NCBI GenBank assembly: GCA_963782915.1
Contig: CAWALK010000020.1
Coordinates: forward strand, 224,001 to 288,000
From: an uncultured archaeon
Lineage (GTDB): Archaea; Thermoproteota; Bathyarchaeia; Bathyarchaeales; Bathycorpusculaceae
Reading direction: 5' to 3'
Length of the DNA stretch: 64,000 bases
The notes beneath the pieces were generated by a model. It was given only the letters and a program-made list of their open reading frames with translations. It was not told the origin of the DNA and made no database searches. Each line of letters starts with the position of its first letter. The stretch's first letter is position 1. Below, piece by piece: positions 20,573-30,451 of the stretch. The position numbers were made by a program, and so were the translations under genes.

Positions 20573-20960
20573 CCAAGTCCGCTCTTTTTCTCCATGGCTT
20601 TGGGATGTCTCGGGTTTTTTATGCGAATTAGACTACCCTAAACAGCACAAAACATGCGCTTCCCGAAAGCCATCGCAGATTGGGCTGAACTCACTTCAAA
20701 AGGGCTGGCTTTTGCTATCTCTTCGGGCCATGTTTCACGACTAAAAGTGACTGTTTTTTCTCTTTCTTTTGAAGTTCTTTTTCGTGCAGTTGCTGTTTAT
20801 GATGTTCCAGTCCTTCGATTTTTTCTTTCTTGCTTTTAGGCATACATAAAACACCAAAATTGTATGCACTCACTAGAGATGTGGACGGTTAAAAATCATT
20901 GCTTGAGTGCAAAGTTGGTGGGTAGCCGTTGCAATTAGGGGTCAGCATAGGTTCAGCATT

Positions 20961-21184
20961 TAAATAGGGGTCTATCGGGGCAGACCAGCGGAAGTTGCCT
21001 ATTTATTCTTTATATAAGGGAGGGGGTAGGTGCCTCTGAGGTAGGTAGTAGGTTCTAACAATGCTTCTGCTTGTAAAATACTCCACAACCAGCCTGCAAC
21101 CCAAACCAGACGCAGACACAAAAAAGCAACCGCCTACCCAATCGGCTGGTTGTTGTTGAAATAAGAGGGGCACACAGCAACAAC
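20961..21184. repeat. Longest copy of dispersed intergenic repeat family
   Basis: AGGGGTCTAT...CTATTTATTCTTTATATAAGGGAGGGGGTAGGTGCCTCTGAGGTAGGTAG plus modules shared with 3124-3245. Confidence 0.8.
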
Positions 21185-21555
21185 CAATAAAAAAAATGTG
21201 CCTATCAAAAAGATTAACTCGCGCGCTGTATCCCTGCAAAAAATCTTAACAAGCGGGCAACCCAAAAAACCAAAAACAAACACCCTGAAACCCCAAGCGG
21301 TTGTTGTGTAGATGCACTTTTCACCAACAACTACTACCTAAAAACACCAAAAAACCTGCTTAACAAGGCATTCTTGGATAAACTATAAAAGGCTAAACGC
21401 AATCCACAAACAGTACACCTCACTGCAACGAAATGCATCCCTCTGGTAGGGACGTTAACTAGTCACTTTCGATAAAATGACTAAAATCTTAGTTGTGATA
21501 CGGAAAGCAATATAAATCGCTTTTACGTGTTTGAATGCGCATCGGAGAAATAATA

Positions 21556-22041
21556 ATGCCAAAATGGGGATACTCAATAATCCAAGAAATGCTAAATCCA
21601 GAAAAAACAGCGAAAGCCAGCGGTAGAGAACTCAAGGTATCCCACAAAGCCGCTAGGGAAGTCGCTAAAGCCCTAAAGGGTATGGATCTAGTACAAGCAA
21701 AAGATTTCCTCAGAGATGTTATGGTCAAAGCCAAACCAGTCCCATACACCCGATATACCAAGAAACTGGGGCACAAAGGCGGCATGCAAAACTGTGGAGT
21801 TGGCAGATACCCAATCAAATGCGCCGAATCAATCCTTGGCGTTTTGAAAGCAGCTCAAGCCAACGCAGAAAACAAAGGCTTAGACGTTGACCGCTTGAGA
21901 ATCATGCACTGTGCAGCCTATCCAGGCGTAAAACTAAAGCGTTACATGCCAAGAGCACACGGCAGAGCATCACCAAAATACGAAATTACCACTCACGTTG
22001 AAATCGTGCTCGAAGAAAAATCCACCTCAGGAGAGCAATAA
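21556..22041 (+). CDS. rpl22: 50S ribosomal protein L22
   Basis: MPKWGYS...GRYPIK...PRAHGRA...THVEIVL. Confidence 0.97.
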   Translation: MPKWGYSIIQEMLNPEKTAKASGRELKVSHKAAREVAKALKGMDLVQAKDFLRDVMVKAKPVPYTRYTKKLGHKGGMQNCGVGRYPIKCAESILGVLKAAQANAENKGLDVDRLRIMHCAAYPGVKLKRYMPRAHGRASPKYEITTHVEIVLEEKSTSGEQ

Positions 22042-22803
22042 ATGAGCATAGTCAAACGTTTCATAACCGAATCAATGAAAAGAACAGAAATCGATGAATT
22101 CTTACAGAAAAAACTCGAAAGAGCAGGATACGGCGGAGTAAACCTATCCAAAACACCCTTGGGCACCCACGTAGTCATCTACGCAATGCGTCCAGGTCTA
22201 GTCATCGGTAGAGGCGGAGAAACCATCAAAGAACTCGCCGCTTCACTTGAACAAAACTTCAAAGTTTCCAATCCACAAATCAGCGTCTCAGAAATCGAAG
22301 TGCCAGAATTCAACGCACACGTCATCGCCAACCGAGTCACATCAGCACTCGAACGAGGAGTACACTTCAGACGCGCAGGTTTCTGGGCACTTAACCAAGT
22401 CATGGAAGCAGGCGCACTCGGATGCGAAATCGTCATCAGCGGCAAACTAACCACTGAACGAGCACGCTTCGAAAAATTCCGCGCAGGCCACTACCCAATC
22501 GTCGGCGAACCAGCACTCGTCGCCATGAAAACAGCCGAAGCAGCTGTCCAACTAAAACCAGGCATGATCGGCGTAAGAGTCAAAATCATGCCCCCAGACG
22601 CATACTTCCCAGACAAAGTCACAATTATCGAACCAAAGAAAGAAGAAGAACCAGCAGCCGTCGCACAAGCACCAACACCAGCGCCCGCACCAGCACCTAC
22701 ACCAGCAGCAGAACCAGCCCCAGCAGTCCAAGCCAAAGAAGTAGTTGACGAACCAAAAGAAGCAGCACCAACAGAAGCAAAACCCACAGAGGAGAAACAG
22801 TAA
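22042..22803 (+). CDS. rps3: 30S ribosomal protein S3 (Pro/Ala/Glu tail)
   Basis: KH domain RPGLVIGRGG; GCEIVISGKL. Confidence 0.97.
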   Translation: MSIVKRFITESMKRTEIDEFLQKKLERAGYGGVNLSKTPLGTHVVIYAMRPGLVIGRGGETIKELAASLEQNFKVSNPQISVSEIEVPEFNAHVIANRVTSALERGVHFRRAGFWALNQVMEAGALGCEIVISGKLTTERARFEKFRAGHYPIVGEPALVAMKTAEAAVQLKPGMIGVRVKIMPPDAYFPDKVTIIEPKKEEEPAAVAQAPTPAPAPAPTPAAEPAPAVQAKEVVDEPKEAAPTEAKPTEEKQ

Positions 22804-23100
22804 ATGGCACCAATAATGCGCATGAAAGAAATAGATGCAATGAGCCCTGAAGCTCGAGAACAAAGATTAATTGATTTACGCGTAGAACTAGCACGCATAC
22901 GCACCATGGTTAAAGCAGGCGGCGCAGTTGAAAACCCAACTCGCATACGCCAACTACGCAAAACCATCGCAAGAATCCTAACAATACAAAACGAACAAGA
23001 ACTCGGGCTACGCAAAGCACCTGAACCAGAAAAGAAAGAAGAAAAACCAGCAAAAAAAGCAAAGCCCAAAAAAGAACCTGAGGAGAAAACATCCGAATGA
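22804..23100 (+). CDS. rpl29: 50S ribosomal protein L29 (Lys/Glu tail)
   Basis: ENPTRIRQLRKTIARILT. Confidence 0.95.
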   Translation: MAPIMRMKEIDAMSPEAREQRLIDLRVELARIRTMVKAGGAVENPTRIRQLRKTIARILTIQNEQELGLRKAPEPEKKEEKPAKKAKPKKEPEEKTSE

Positions 23101-23378
23101 AAGTAACTCCTGACATCATCCGTTACGAATTCATCGGAGCAAAAGGCCTAGTAGCAGCCAGCCCAAACATGAACCTGATGGGCGTAGGCGGCTTAGTAGT
23201 AGGCGAAACACGAAACACCTTCATGTTCCAAAATCAAGGTTTAACCCGCAGCGTAATCAAAGAAGCTGCAACATTCGATTTCACTTTCAACGACGGAACC
23301 GCCGTTGAAATTGACGGTAAACTTTTAGTCGGCCGCTCAGAAGACCGATTAAAGAAAAGCATAAAGAGGTTATGGTAA
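23097..23378 (+). CDS. rnp1: Ribonuclease P protein component 1 (p29)
   Basis: EFIG...GLVVGETRNT...IDGKLLVGRSEDRLK; canonical position. Confidence 0.92.
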   Translation: MKVTPDIIRYEFIGAKGLVAASPNMNLMGVGGLVVGETRNTFMFQNQGLTRSVIKEAATFDFTFNDGTAVEIDGKLLVGRSEDRLKKSIKRLW

Positions 23379-23379
23379 T

Positions 23380-23736
23380 ATGTCGATGACTTTCAAGCAA
23401 CCAAAAAAGACCTGTGACGACCCTAACTGCCCATTCCATGGCACACTCTCCGTTCGCGGACGTGTACTGGAAGGCATGGTTCACACAGCAAAGATGGACA
23501 AAACCGTTATCGTTGACAGAGAATTCACACAATTCTCATCAAAATTCGTACGTTACGAACGCAGACACGGCCACATCCCATCACACAATCCACCATGCAT
23601 TGACGTTAAAGAAGGCGACCGCGTAAAAATCGCAGAGTGCAGACCACTCAGCAAAACGGTCTCCTTCGTAGTAGTAGAAAAATTAGGAGAGGAGAAGATA
23701 ATATGTGCGCGGCTAAAGCGAAACAGAGAGCCCTAA
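23380..23736 (+). CDS. rps17: 30S ribosomal protein S17
   Basis: CDDPNCPFHG...ECRPLSKTVSFVV; 3' end may be extended by an indel. Confidence 0.95.
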   Translation: MSMTFKQPKKTCDDPNCPFHGTLSVRGRVLEGMVHTAKMDKTVIVDREFTQFSSKFVRYERRHGHIPSHNPPCIDVKEGDRVKIAECRPLSKTVSFVVVEKLGEEKIICARLKRNREP

Positions 23737-24146
23737 CATCAAAAGGCATGGCCTCACACGGACAAAAAATCAGCCGTGGCCTACTAGCAGGTTCAGAAAT
23801 GAAATGCACCGACAACACCGGCGCACGAGTTCTACGCTTAATCCAAGCTATGGGCTATAAAGGCAGACTAAGACGTTACCCATCAGCCACAGTAGGCGAC
23901 AAAGTAACAGTTTCAGTACGCCAAGGCTCACCAGACATGCGCAAAAAAATCTTCCAAGCAGTCATCGTCCGCCAAAGAAAAACATTCAGAAGAATCGACG
24001 GCGTCTGGGTACAATTCGAAGATAACGCAGCAGTAATCATCACCCCCGAAGGCGAAATGAAAGGCTCAGAAATCAGAGGCCCAGTCGCAAGAGAGGCAGC
24101 AGAGCGATGGCCAAGAATCGCAAGCGCCTCAAGCATAATCGTATAG
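23703..24146 (+). CDS. rpl14: 50S ribosomal protein L14
   Basis: CTDNTGA...FEDNAAVI...GPVAREAAERW. Confidence 0.96.
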   Translation: MCAAKAKQRALTSKGMASHGQKISRGLLAGSEMKCTDNTGARVLRLIQAMGYKGRLRRYPSATVGDKVTVSVRQGSPDMRKKIFQAVIVRQRKTFRRIDGVWVQFEDNAAVIITPEGEMKGSEIRGPVAREAAERWPRIASASSIIV

Positions 24147-24156
24147 GTGTAAAATA

Positions 24157-24744
24157 ATGCAACAAACTAACAGAGTAAAGAATCCTGGTAAACAAAGAAA
24201 GATGCTCTTCAACGCACCAGCTCACCTCCGCCACAAACAAATGGGCGCACCACTATCCAGTGAGCTAACCGCATCAAACGGCGCAAAAACCCTGCCAGTA
24301 CGCAGAGGCGATACCGTTCGCATATTACGCGGCGACAACAAGGGCTTTGAAGGCAAAGTTTCACGTGTCGACATGAAAGCCTACCGCATCTACATGGAAG
24401 GTTTAACACGCGAAAAAGTCGACGGCACAAACATCTTCATCGCAGTACACCCATCCAAGGTACAAATTCGCAAACTCAACCTTGACGACAAATACCGCAA
24501 AGAAACAATCCTTGGACGCAAAGTAGTATCTGAGAAAAAAGAAACAACCAAGGCAAAGCCAGCCAAAGCCACAAAGGCTCCAGCTAAGGCAGCAAAAGAA
24601 GAGAAACCAGTCGAAGAAGCGGCACCTGCAGAAAAAGCAGCAGAAAAGAAACCAGCCGCTAAAAAAGCAGCAAAAGAACCAGAGGAAAAAGCAACCGCAC
24701 CTAAAGCGAGCGCTAAAAAAGCCTCTGAAAACGGAGGAGAATAA
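24157..24744 (+). CDS. rpl24: 50S ribosomal protein L24 (Ala/Lys/Glu tail)
   Basis: PVRRGDTVRILRGD...HPSKV. Confidence 0.96.
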   Translation: MQQTNRVKNPGKQRKMLFNAPAHLRHKQMGAPLSSELTASNGAKTLPVRRGDTVRILRGDNKGFEGKVSRVDMKAYRIYMEGLTREKVDGTNIFIAVHPSKVQIRKLNLDDKYRKETILGRKVVSEKKETTKAKPAKATKAPAKAAKEEKPVEEAAPAEKAAEKKPAAKKAAKEPEEKATAPKASAKKASENGGE

Positions 24745-24746
24745 GT

Positions 24747-25511
24747 TTGGGTAAAAAAGGAAAAACCGCAAGGCTGAAACGTAAGCCAGCACCAGCATTC
24801 TGGCCAATTCACAGAAAAGAACTACCGTGGGTAGTGAAGCCTTCATCAGGTTCACATTCACTCGAAAAATGCGTACCTCTAACACTAGTTCTACGCGACA
24901 TGTTAGGTGTTGCACAGACAAGAAAAGAAGGCAAACTAATCATTGCACAGGGCAAAGTCCTAGTAGATGGCAAAATTAGAAAACGCGATGAATCACCAGT
25001 CGGCTTAATGGACGTAATCTCCCTGCCTGACATGAACAAATACTACCGCGTCATGCCATCACACAAAGGCTTAGTTCTGGCTCCAATCAGCAAAGAAGAA
25101 TCAACCGTTAAACTGGTTAGAGTTGAAGACAAAACCACAGTAAGCGAAGGCGTCCAAGTTGCACTACACGACGGATCAGTCATGCTCGTCAAAGTAGCAG
25201 ATCCAAAGAATCCAGTAGAAGTAAAATACGAAACCTTCGACGTCCTCAAAGTAACCTATCCAGAAAAAACAGTAACTGAAACACTCAAAACCAAAGAAGG
25301 AAACTTGGCAATAATCACAGGCGGAAAGAACATCGGCAAAACAGGCAAAATCGTTGACATCGAAAAAACAGAAGCAAAGAAACGCCGCCAAGCACTAGTC
25401 CTCATCGAAGATGCAAAAGGCCAACGTTACCAAACAATCTTAGACTTCGTCTTCTCCATAGGCGAAGCTTCCCCAATGATAAACACCCTGGAGGCATTCG
25501 CAAGTGTCTGA
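24747..25511 (+). CDS. rps4e: 30S ribosomal protein S4e
   Basis: LKRKPAPAFWPI...PVGLMDVI...ITGGKNIG. Confidence 0.96.
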   Translation: MGKKGKTARLKRKPAPAFWPIHRKELPWVVKPSSGSHSLEKCVPLTLVLRDMLGVAQTRKEGKLIIAQGKVLVDGKIRKRDESPVGLMDVISLPDMNKYYRVMPSHKGLVLAPISKEESTVKLVRVEDKTTVSEGVQVALHDGSVMLVKVADPKNPVEVKYETFDVLKVTYPEKTVTETLKTKEGNLAIITGGKNIGKTGKIVDIEKTEAKKRRQALVLIEDAKGQRYQTILDFVFSIGEASPMINTLEAFASV

Positions 25512-26043
25512 AGAAACCATGATTAAGAACTGGGAAGAGCATCCAATGCTCAAACCCAAAATCGAGAAAGTAGTCGTAAACCTCAACGTAGGCAAATCAG
25601 GCGAACCACTCGAAAAAGCAAACAAAGTACTCAAAGAAATCACCGGACGTAACCCAGTTAAAAGAAAAGCCAAAGAAACAATCCGTGACTTTGGCATACG
25701 TGAAGGTGAATCCATCGCAGTCGTAGTTACCATGCGCAAACAAGAAGCAGTCGACTTCCTAAAGAAAGTCTTCCCAGTCGTCGATAACAAACTCGCAGCA
25801 CGAGCATTCGATGTACGCGGAAACTTTAGCTTTGGACTCAAAGAACACATCGAAATTCCAGGCGTCAAATACGACCCTGAAATCGGCATATTCGGCATGG
25901 ACATCTGCGTAACCGTCAACAGACCTGGTCAACGCATAAAAATCCGCAAACGCCAAAAGAAAGCAATCGGTCCAAAGCATGTGCTAACACCGGAAGAATC
26001 AATCCTCTTCATCAAACAAACACTAGGAGTCGAAATCGTCTAA
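25504..26043 (+). CDS. rpl5: 50S ribosomal protein L5
   Basis: [11 protein letters not shown]...GNFSFG...[11 protein letters not shown]. Confidence 0.97.
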   Translation: MSEETMIKNWEEHPMLKPKIEKVVVNLNVGKSGEPLEKANKVLKEITGRNPVKRKAKETIRDFGIREGESIAVVVTMRKQEAVDFLKKVFPVVDNKLAARAFDVRGNFSFGLKEHIEIPGVKYDPEIGIFGMDICVTVNRPGQRIKIRKRQKKAIGPKHVLTPEESILFIKQTLGVEIV

Positions 26044-26059
26044 AACAGAGTGTGAATGT

Positions 26060-26224
26060 ATGGGAAAACAGCAAGTCAAGAAAGAACGAAAATACGGCAA
26101 AGGCTCACGTCCATGCGTAAGATGTGGTTCGTACGGTCCAGTTATCCGACGTTACAATTTATATCTATGCAGGACATGTTTTAGAGAGGCTGCCCCAAAA
26201 TTAGGTTTCAAGAAATATGAGTAG
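26060..26224 (+). CDS. rps14: 30S ribosomal protein S14 (Zn-binding; missed by ORF track)
   Basis: [54 protein letters not shown]. Confidence 0.96.
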   Translation: MGKQQVKKERKYGKGSRPCVRCGSYGPVIRRYNLYLCRTCFREAAPKLGFKKYE

Positions 26225-26241
26225 GAGCTAAAAGAACAAAA

Positions 26242-26625
26242 ATGGACACTTTAACAAACGGTCTCGTGACAATAATAAATAACGAAACACGCAATAAACG
26301 CGAATGCATCATCAGCCCAGCCTCCAAACTATTGGGGCGCGTCCTACGCATTATGCAACTTAACGGTTACATAGGCGAATTCGAATTCATCGACGATGGA
26401 CGTCAAGGCAAATTCAAAGTACAGCTACTCGGCAGAATCAACAAGTGCGGTCCAGTTAAACCACGATTCGCAGTAAAATCAACAGAGTTTGAAGATTGGG
26501 AAAAGAAATTCCTACCATCCCGAGACGTAGGCATAATGGTTGTTTCAACTTCTCAAGGCGTAATTGCCCACCGCGACGCTGAAGGAAAGAATATTGGAGG
26601 AAGGCTTCTAGCCTTCGTGTATTAG
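26242..26625 (+). CDS. rps8: 30S ribosomal protein S8
   Basis: GYIGEFEFIDDGR...STSQGV...GGRLLAFVY. Confidence 0.97.
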   Translation: MDTLTNGLVTIINNETRNKRECIISPASKLLGRVLRIMQLNGYIGEFEFIDDGRQGKFKVQLLGRINKCGPVKPRFAVKSTEFEDWEKKFLPSRDVGIMVVSTSQGVIAHRDAEGKNIGGRLLAFVY

Positions 26626-26637
26626 GAGTCTAAGTGT

Positions 26638-27183
26638 ATGCGGCTTCCAGAAGTATCAAGAACAATCCAAGTTCCAGACGACGTAACATTAAATGTAGTT
26701 GGTAAAATAGTTACTGTTAAAGGTGCAAAAGGCAACCTAACACGCGACTTCTCCTTTGCAACAGTTGCAATAGAAGGCCAAGGCAAAATCGTTCGCATAT
26801 CCGCGAAGTGGCCACGCAAAAAAGAAGCAGCTCTAGTAGGAACCCTCACCTCACACATCAACAACATGATCAAAGGCGTTACCCAAGGCTACACCTACAA
26901 GATGAAAATCGTCTTCTCTCACTTCCCCATAACAGTCAAAGTACAAGGCAAAACCGTCCAAATCGAAAACTTCACAGGCGAACGTAGACCTCGTGCAGTA
27001 AAAATCTTAGGCGACGTCAAAGTCAAGATTGACCCTGAAGACATCATCATTTCAGGCGCAAACCTTGAACAAGTCAGCCAAACAGCAGCTAACATCGAAC
27101 AATCCACCAAGGTGCGTAATAAAGACCCAAGAGTCTTCCTAGACGGCATTTACACCTATGAAAGAAATGAAGGTATGGCATAA
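26638..27183 (+). CDS. rpl6: 50S ribosomal protein L6
   Basis: SHFPI...NFTGER...DPRVFLDGIY. Confidence 0.97.
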   Translation: MRLPEVSRTIQVPDDVTLNVVGKIVTVKGAKGNLTRDFSFATVAIEGQGKIVRISAKWPRKKEAALVGTLTSHINNMIKGVTQGYTYKMKIVFSHFPITVKVQGKTVQIENFTGERRPRAVKILGDVKVKIDPEDIIISGANLEQVSQTAANIEQSTKVRNKDPRVFLDGIYTYERNEGMA

Positions 27184-27776
27184 TGACAGAAAAGAAAGCT
27201 TCCCCATCACGAAAAGCACTTCAAGTTAGGGCACGCGCCAGAAACAAAAAGCCAAAGTTCGTACGTGCAGAAAGCTGGAAGTACGACCGCTTTAGCTTAA
27301 GTTGGCGTAGACCACGCGGATTAGACAACAAAATCCGCAGAAAAATCCTAGGCTGGCCTCCAGGACCAAGCATGGGTTACAAAGGACCAAAGGTTGCCCG
27401 ATTCCTACATCCATCCGGCTATAAAGAAGTCATAGTCTTCAACGTAGCAGACTTAGCAAACGTTGACGTTAACACACAAGCCGTCCGCATTGCTCATAGA
27501 GTCGGCTTACGAAAACGCGCAGACATCATCGCCAAAGCAAAAGAAATGAACCTTAAAATCTTAAACGTCAAAGTATCAGCACAAACCGAAGCAGCCGAAG
27601 AGGAAACTGAAGAAGAAGCGGAAGGCGAAGAAACAGAAACCGAGACCAAAGCGGTCAAGGAAGAGAAAAAGCCCAAACAAGAGAAAAAGGCAAAAGCAAA
27701 GTCTGCACCAAAAAAGAAAGAGGCAACTAAAAAGAAAGAAACTAAACCAAAGAAGAAGGAGACTAAGAAGCAATGA
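27183..27776 (+). CDS. rpl32e: 50S ribosomal protein L32e (Glu/Lys tail)
   Basis: WRRPRGLDNKIR...LHPSG. Confidence 0.96.
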   Translation: MTEKKASPSRKALQVRARARNKKPKFVRAESWKYDRFSLSWRRPRGLDNKIRRKILGWPPGPSMGYKGPKVARFLHPSGYKEVIVFNVADLANVDVNTQAVRIAHRVGLRKRADIIAKAKEMNLKILNVKVSAQTEAAEEETEEEAEGEETETETKAVKEEKKPKQEKKAKAKSAPKKKEATKKKETKPKKKETKKQ

Positions 27777-28228
27777 CCAATCTAACAGGACAAAGACGTT
27801 TAGCTGCACAAATCCTCAAAATTGGGCAGAACCGCGTTTGGATAGACCCAGCACGCATGGATGATGTCGATGGCGCAATCACACGTGAAGAAGTAAGAAA
27901 ACTCATTCACGAAAAAATCATCGTTTCATTGCCAGAGAAAGGCGTAAGCCGCTCTCGCGCAAAAACAATCCGAAGCAAAAAACACTTAGGCCGACGTAGC
28001 GGTCCAGGTAGCATAACTGGTGCAGGCCACGCAAAGGTAACTAAGAAAGACGCTTGGATGATTAGAATTCGCTCTCTGCGACGCAAACTCCGCGAGCTCA
28101 AAGCAAGCCGAGTTATCACAGAAGCCACCTATACACAATACTATAGAATGGCAGGCAGTGGCAGGTTCCAATCCATCGCCGATATGGAGCGCAACTTAAA
28201 AGCAAATGATCAGTGGAGGAAACGTTAA
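27773..28228 (+). CDS. rpl19e: 50S ribosomal protein L19e
   Basis: QRRLAAQILKIGQNRVWIDP...AITREEVRKLI. Confidence 0.96.
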   Translation: MTNLTGQRRLAAQILKIGQNRVWIDPARMDDVDGAITREEVRKLIHEKIIVSLPEKGVSRSRAKTIRSKKHLGRRSGPGSITGAGHAKVTKKDAWMIRIRSLRRKLRELKASRVITEATYTQYYRMAGSGRFQSIADMERNLKANDQWRKR

Positions 28229-28229
28229 G

Positions 28230-29153
28230 ATGGCAAAAAGTGCACATTACAGAGTACATGTAAGACGCAGACGTGAAGGAAAAACCGATTACCAAGCTCG
28301 AACAGCAATGGTTACTTCCGGTAGACCCCGACTTGTTGCGCGTCCATCAATCAAGAACACTACAGCACAAATCATCATTGCTAAACCAATAGGTGACATG
28401 GTGCTTGCAGCAGCTAGCAGCCGTGAACTTGTCAAAAAGTACGGTTGGAAAGCAGCAACAGGCAACATACCCGCAGCTTACCTAACTGGTTTACTCTGTG
28501 GATTAAAAGCTAAAGCAGCAGGCATAGACGCAGCAATCCTTGACATAGGCATGATTATTCCAACAAAAGGCGCAAGAGTCTTCGCAATCCTAAACGGTGT
28601 ACTAGATGCAGGCGTTGAAGTTCCACACGGCGAAGAAAAAATAGTGGCTGACCGTAACAAAGGACAGCACATCGCAAGCTACGCTGAAGAATTAGGCGTA
28701 GACTCTGACGAGTACAAAGCCAAATTCTCAAAGTTCCTTGCAGCAGACGTTGCCCCTGAAAAGCTTCCCGAACACTACAGCACAGTAAAAGCTGCAATTG
28801 TCGGGTCATTCAAGGGTGCACAAGTTGCTCCTGAACCTGAAGCTAAGCCGAAAGCTAAAGCTCCAGCTAAAGAGAAGGCAGCTCCTGCAAAGGAGAAAGC
28901 AGCCGCTCCGGTGAAGGAAAAAGCGCCAGCAGCCAAAGAAGAAGCTCCTAAAGCCAAAGCTGTCGAAGCTAAAGCTGCACCAGCTAAAGAGGCTCCAGTA
29001 GAGAAAGCCCCTAAAGCTGAGAAAGCAGAAAAAGCTCCAGCTAAAGAAGGCAAAGCAAAAGAGAAAGCTGCTCCCGCCAAAGAAAAGGCAGTTCCCGCTA
29101 AAGAAAAAGCACCAGCCAAAAAGGCAACCAAGAAGGGTGAAAAGAAAGAATGA
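28230..29153 (+). CDS. rpl18: 50S ribosomal protein L18 (about 105-aa Ala/Lys/Pro/Glu tail)
   Basis: RRRREGKTDY...GNIPAAYLTG...LDIG. Confidence 0.96.
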   Translation: MAKSAHYRVHVRRRREGKTDYQARTAMVTSGRPRLVARPSIKNTTAQIIIAKPIGDMVLAAASSRELVKKYGWKAATGNIPAAYLTGLLCGLKAKAAGIDAAILDIGMIIPTKGARVFAILNGVLDAGVEVPHGEEKIVADRNKGQHIASYAEELGVDSDEYKAKFSKFLAADVAPEKLPEHYSTVKAAIVGSFKGAQVAPEPEAKPKAKAPAKEKAAPAKEKAAAPVKEKAPAAKEEAPKAKAVEAKAAPAKEAPVEKAPKAEKAEKAPAKEGKAKEKAAPAKEKAVPAKEKAPAKKATKKGEKKE

Positions 29154-29815
29154 GTAGAAATCCACGAGATAAATCCAGAGATAGCGAAAGACGCCAAAAC
29201 AGCCTAGAAACTTGGGTACCAAGAACCCGTCTGGGCAAACTAGTACAAGAAGGCAAAATTACAACTGTCGAAGAATTATTCCTCTCCGGAATCAAAATTA
29301 GCGAATCACAAATCGTCGACTCTCTTATTCCAGACTTACAAGAAGAAGTCATCAACGTTAACCTCGTACAGAAGCAAACTGACGCAGGCGAAAAATCACG
29401 CTTCAAAGCCATCGTCGCAGTCGGCAACAGAGACGGCTACATCGGTTTAGGCCAAGGTAAAGCCAGCCAAGTCCGCAACGCCATCGAGAAAGCAGCAGTC
29501 AACGCCCGACTAAACATTATCCCTGTTAAACGGGGCTGTGGTAGTTGGGAATGCGGTTGCGGTAAACCACACAGCATCCCATTCGAGGTAGAGGGTAAAT
29601 GCGGTGGTGTCCGAGCAGTTATCATTCCAGGTCCAAGAGGCTTAGGGCTCGTTTCAAGCGAAGTTGCCAAAGTTATCTTAGGCTTAGCGGGTGTTAAAGA
29701 TCTCTGGATGCGCAGTTTCGGCTCAACAAGAACAGTGCCATCATATGCATGTGCAATCTTCGACGGCTTAAAGAAAACTTACAACTTGATTACAACAACC
29801 GATTGGGTGAAGTAA
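29150..29815 (+). CDS. rps5: 30S ribosomal protein S5
   Basis: WVPRTRLGKLV...RGCGSWECGCG...PGPRGLGL. Confidence 0.97.
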   Translation: MSRNPRDKSRDSERRQNSLETWVPRTRLGKLVQEGKITTVEELFLSGIKISESQIVDSLIPDLQEEVINVNLVQKQTDAGEKSRFKAIVAVGNRDGYIGLGQGKASQVRNAIEKAAVNARLNIIPVKRGCGSWECGCGKPHSIPFEVEGKCGGVRAVIIPGPRGLGLVSSEVAKVILGLAGVKDLWMRSFGSTRTVPSYACAIFDGLKKTYNLITTTDWVK

Positions 29816-29816
29816 A

Positions 29817-30305
29817 ATGTCAGAACAGAAAATTGAAGAATGCAAATGTTACGTAGTAGTTAGAGTTCGCGGCACCGTCAGTGCAATGAGGGAAGCCCGC
29901 GAAACACTCGATCTGCTCCGCTTAACACATACTAACCATGCAATCATAATTGACAGCAGACCAGCCTACAAAGGCATGCTACAACGCGTAAACAACTACG
30001 TAACTTGGGGCGAACCCTCCAAAGAACTCATCGTTGCAATGCTTACCAAACGCGGAAGATTCGCAGGCGACCATAAAATAGCTGAAAACATCGAAAAAAC
30101 CGGTTACAAAACCATCGAAGAACTCGCAGACGCCATAGTTAACTGCAAAGTTGCATACAGCAAACTACCAGACATCGAAGCACGCTTTAAGCTGCATCCA
30201 CCAAGCAAAGGCTACAAGGGTCAAACCAAGAACAGCTTTAAATCCGGTGGCGAAGCAGGTTACCGCGGCGCAGCCATCAACGACTTAGTCAAACGCATGG
30301 TCTAA
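29817..30305 (+). CDS. rpl30: 50S ribosomal protein L30
   Basis: VVRVRG...GMLQRVNNYVTWGE...LHPPSKG...INDLVKRM. Confidence 0.96.
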   Translation: MSEQKIEECKCYVVVRVRGTVSAMREARETLDLLRLTHTNHAIIIDSRPAYKGMLQRVNNYVTWGEPSKELIVAMLTKRGRFAGDHKIAENIEKTGYKTIEELADAIVNCKVAYSKLPDIEARFKLHPPSKGYKGQTKNSFKSGGEAGYRGAAINDLVKRMV

Positions 30306-30451
30306 GACCATCCGTTCCAACTTTATATTTTTTAATTTTTAATTTTAATTAATTAGCGAATTCTGTTAATAATTACTAATTTGTACTAACGGTAAGTTTC
30401 TAAATCCAAAAAGTTAGCTACAAAAAAAAGAACAAAGAAATTGTGGGAAAC

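Noticed and set aside
20640-20843. Small Lys-rich ORF (MPKSKKEK/IEGLEHHKQQLHEKE)
   Set aside because: Needs a frameshift and has no recognisable family
23690-23736. C-terminal extension of S17 overlapping L14
   Set aside because: AAGATAA would read AAG TAA with one base fewer; likely an indel
21489-29670. Long antisense ORFs over the ribosomal operon
   Set aside because: Shadow frames caused by C/A-biased codons and low-complexity tails; no RBS or family motifs
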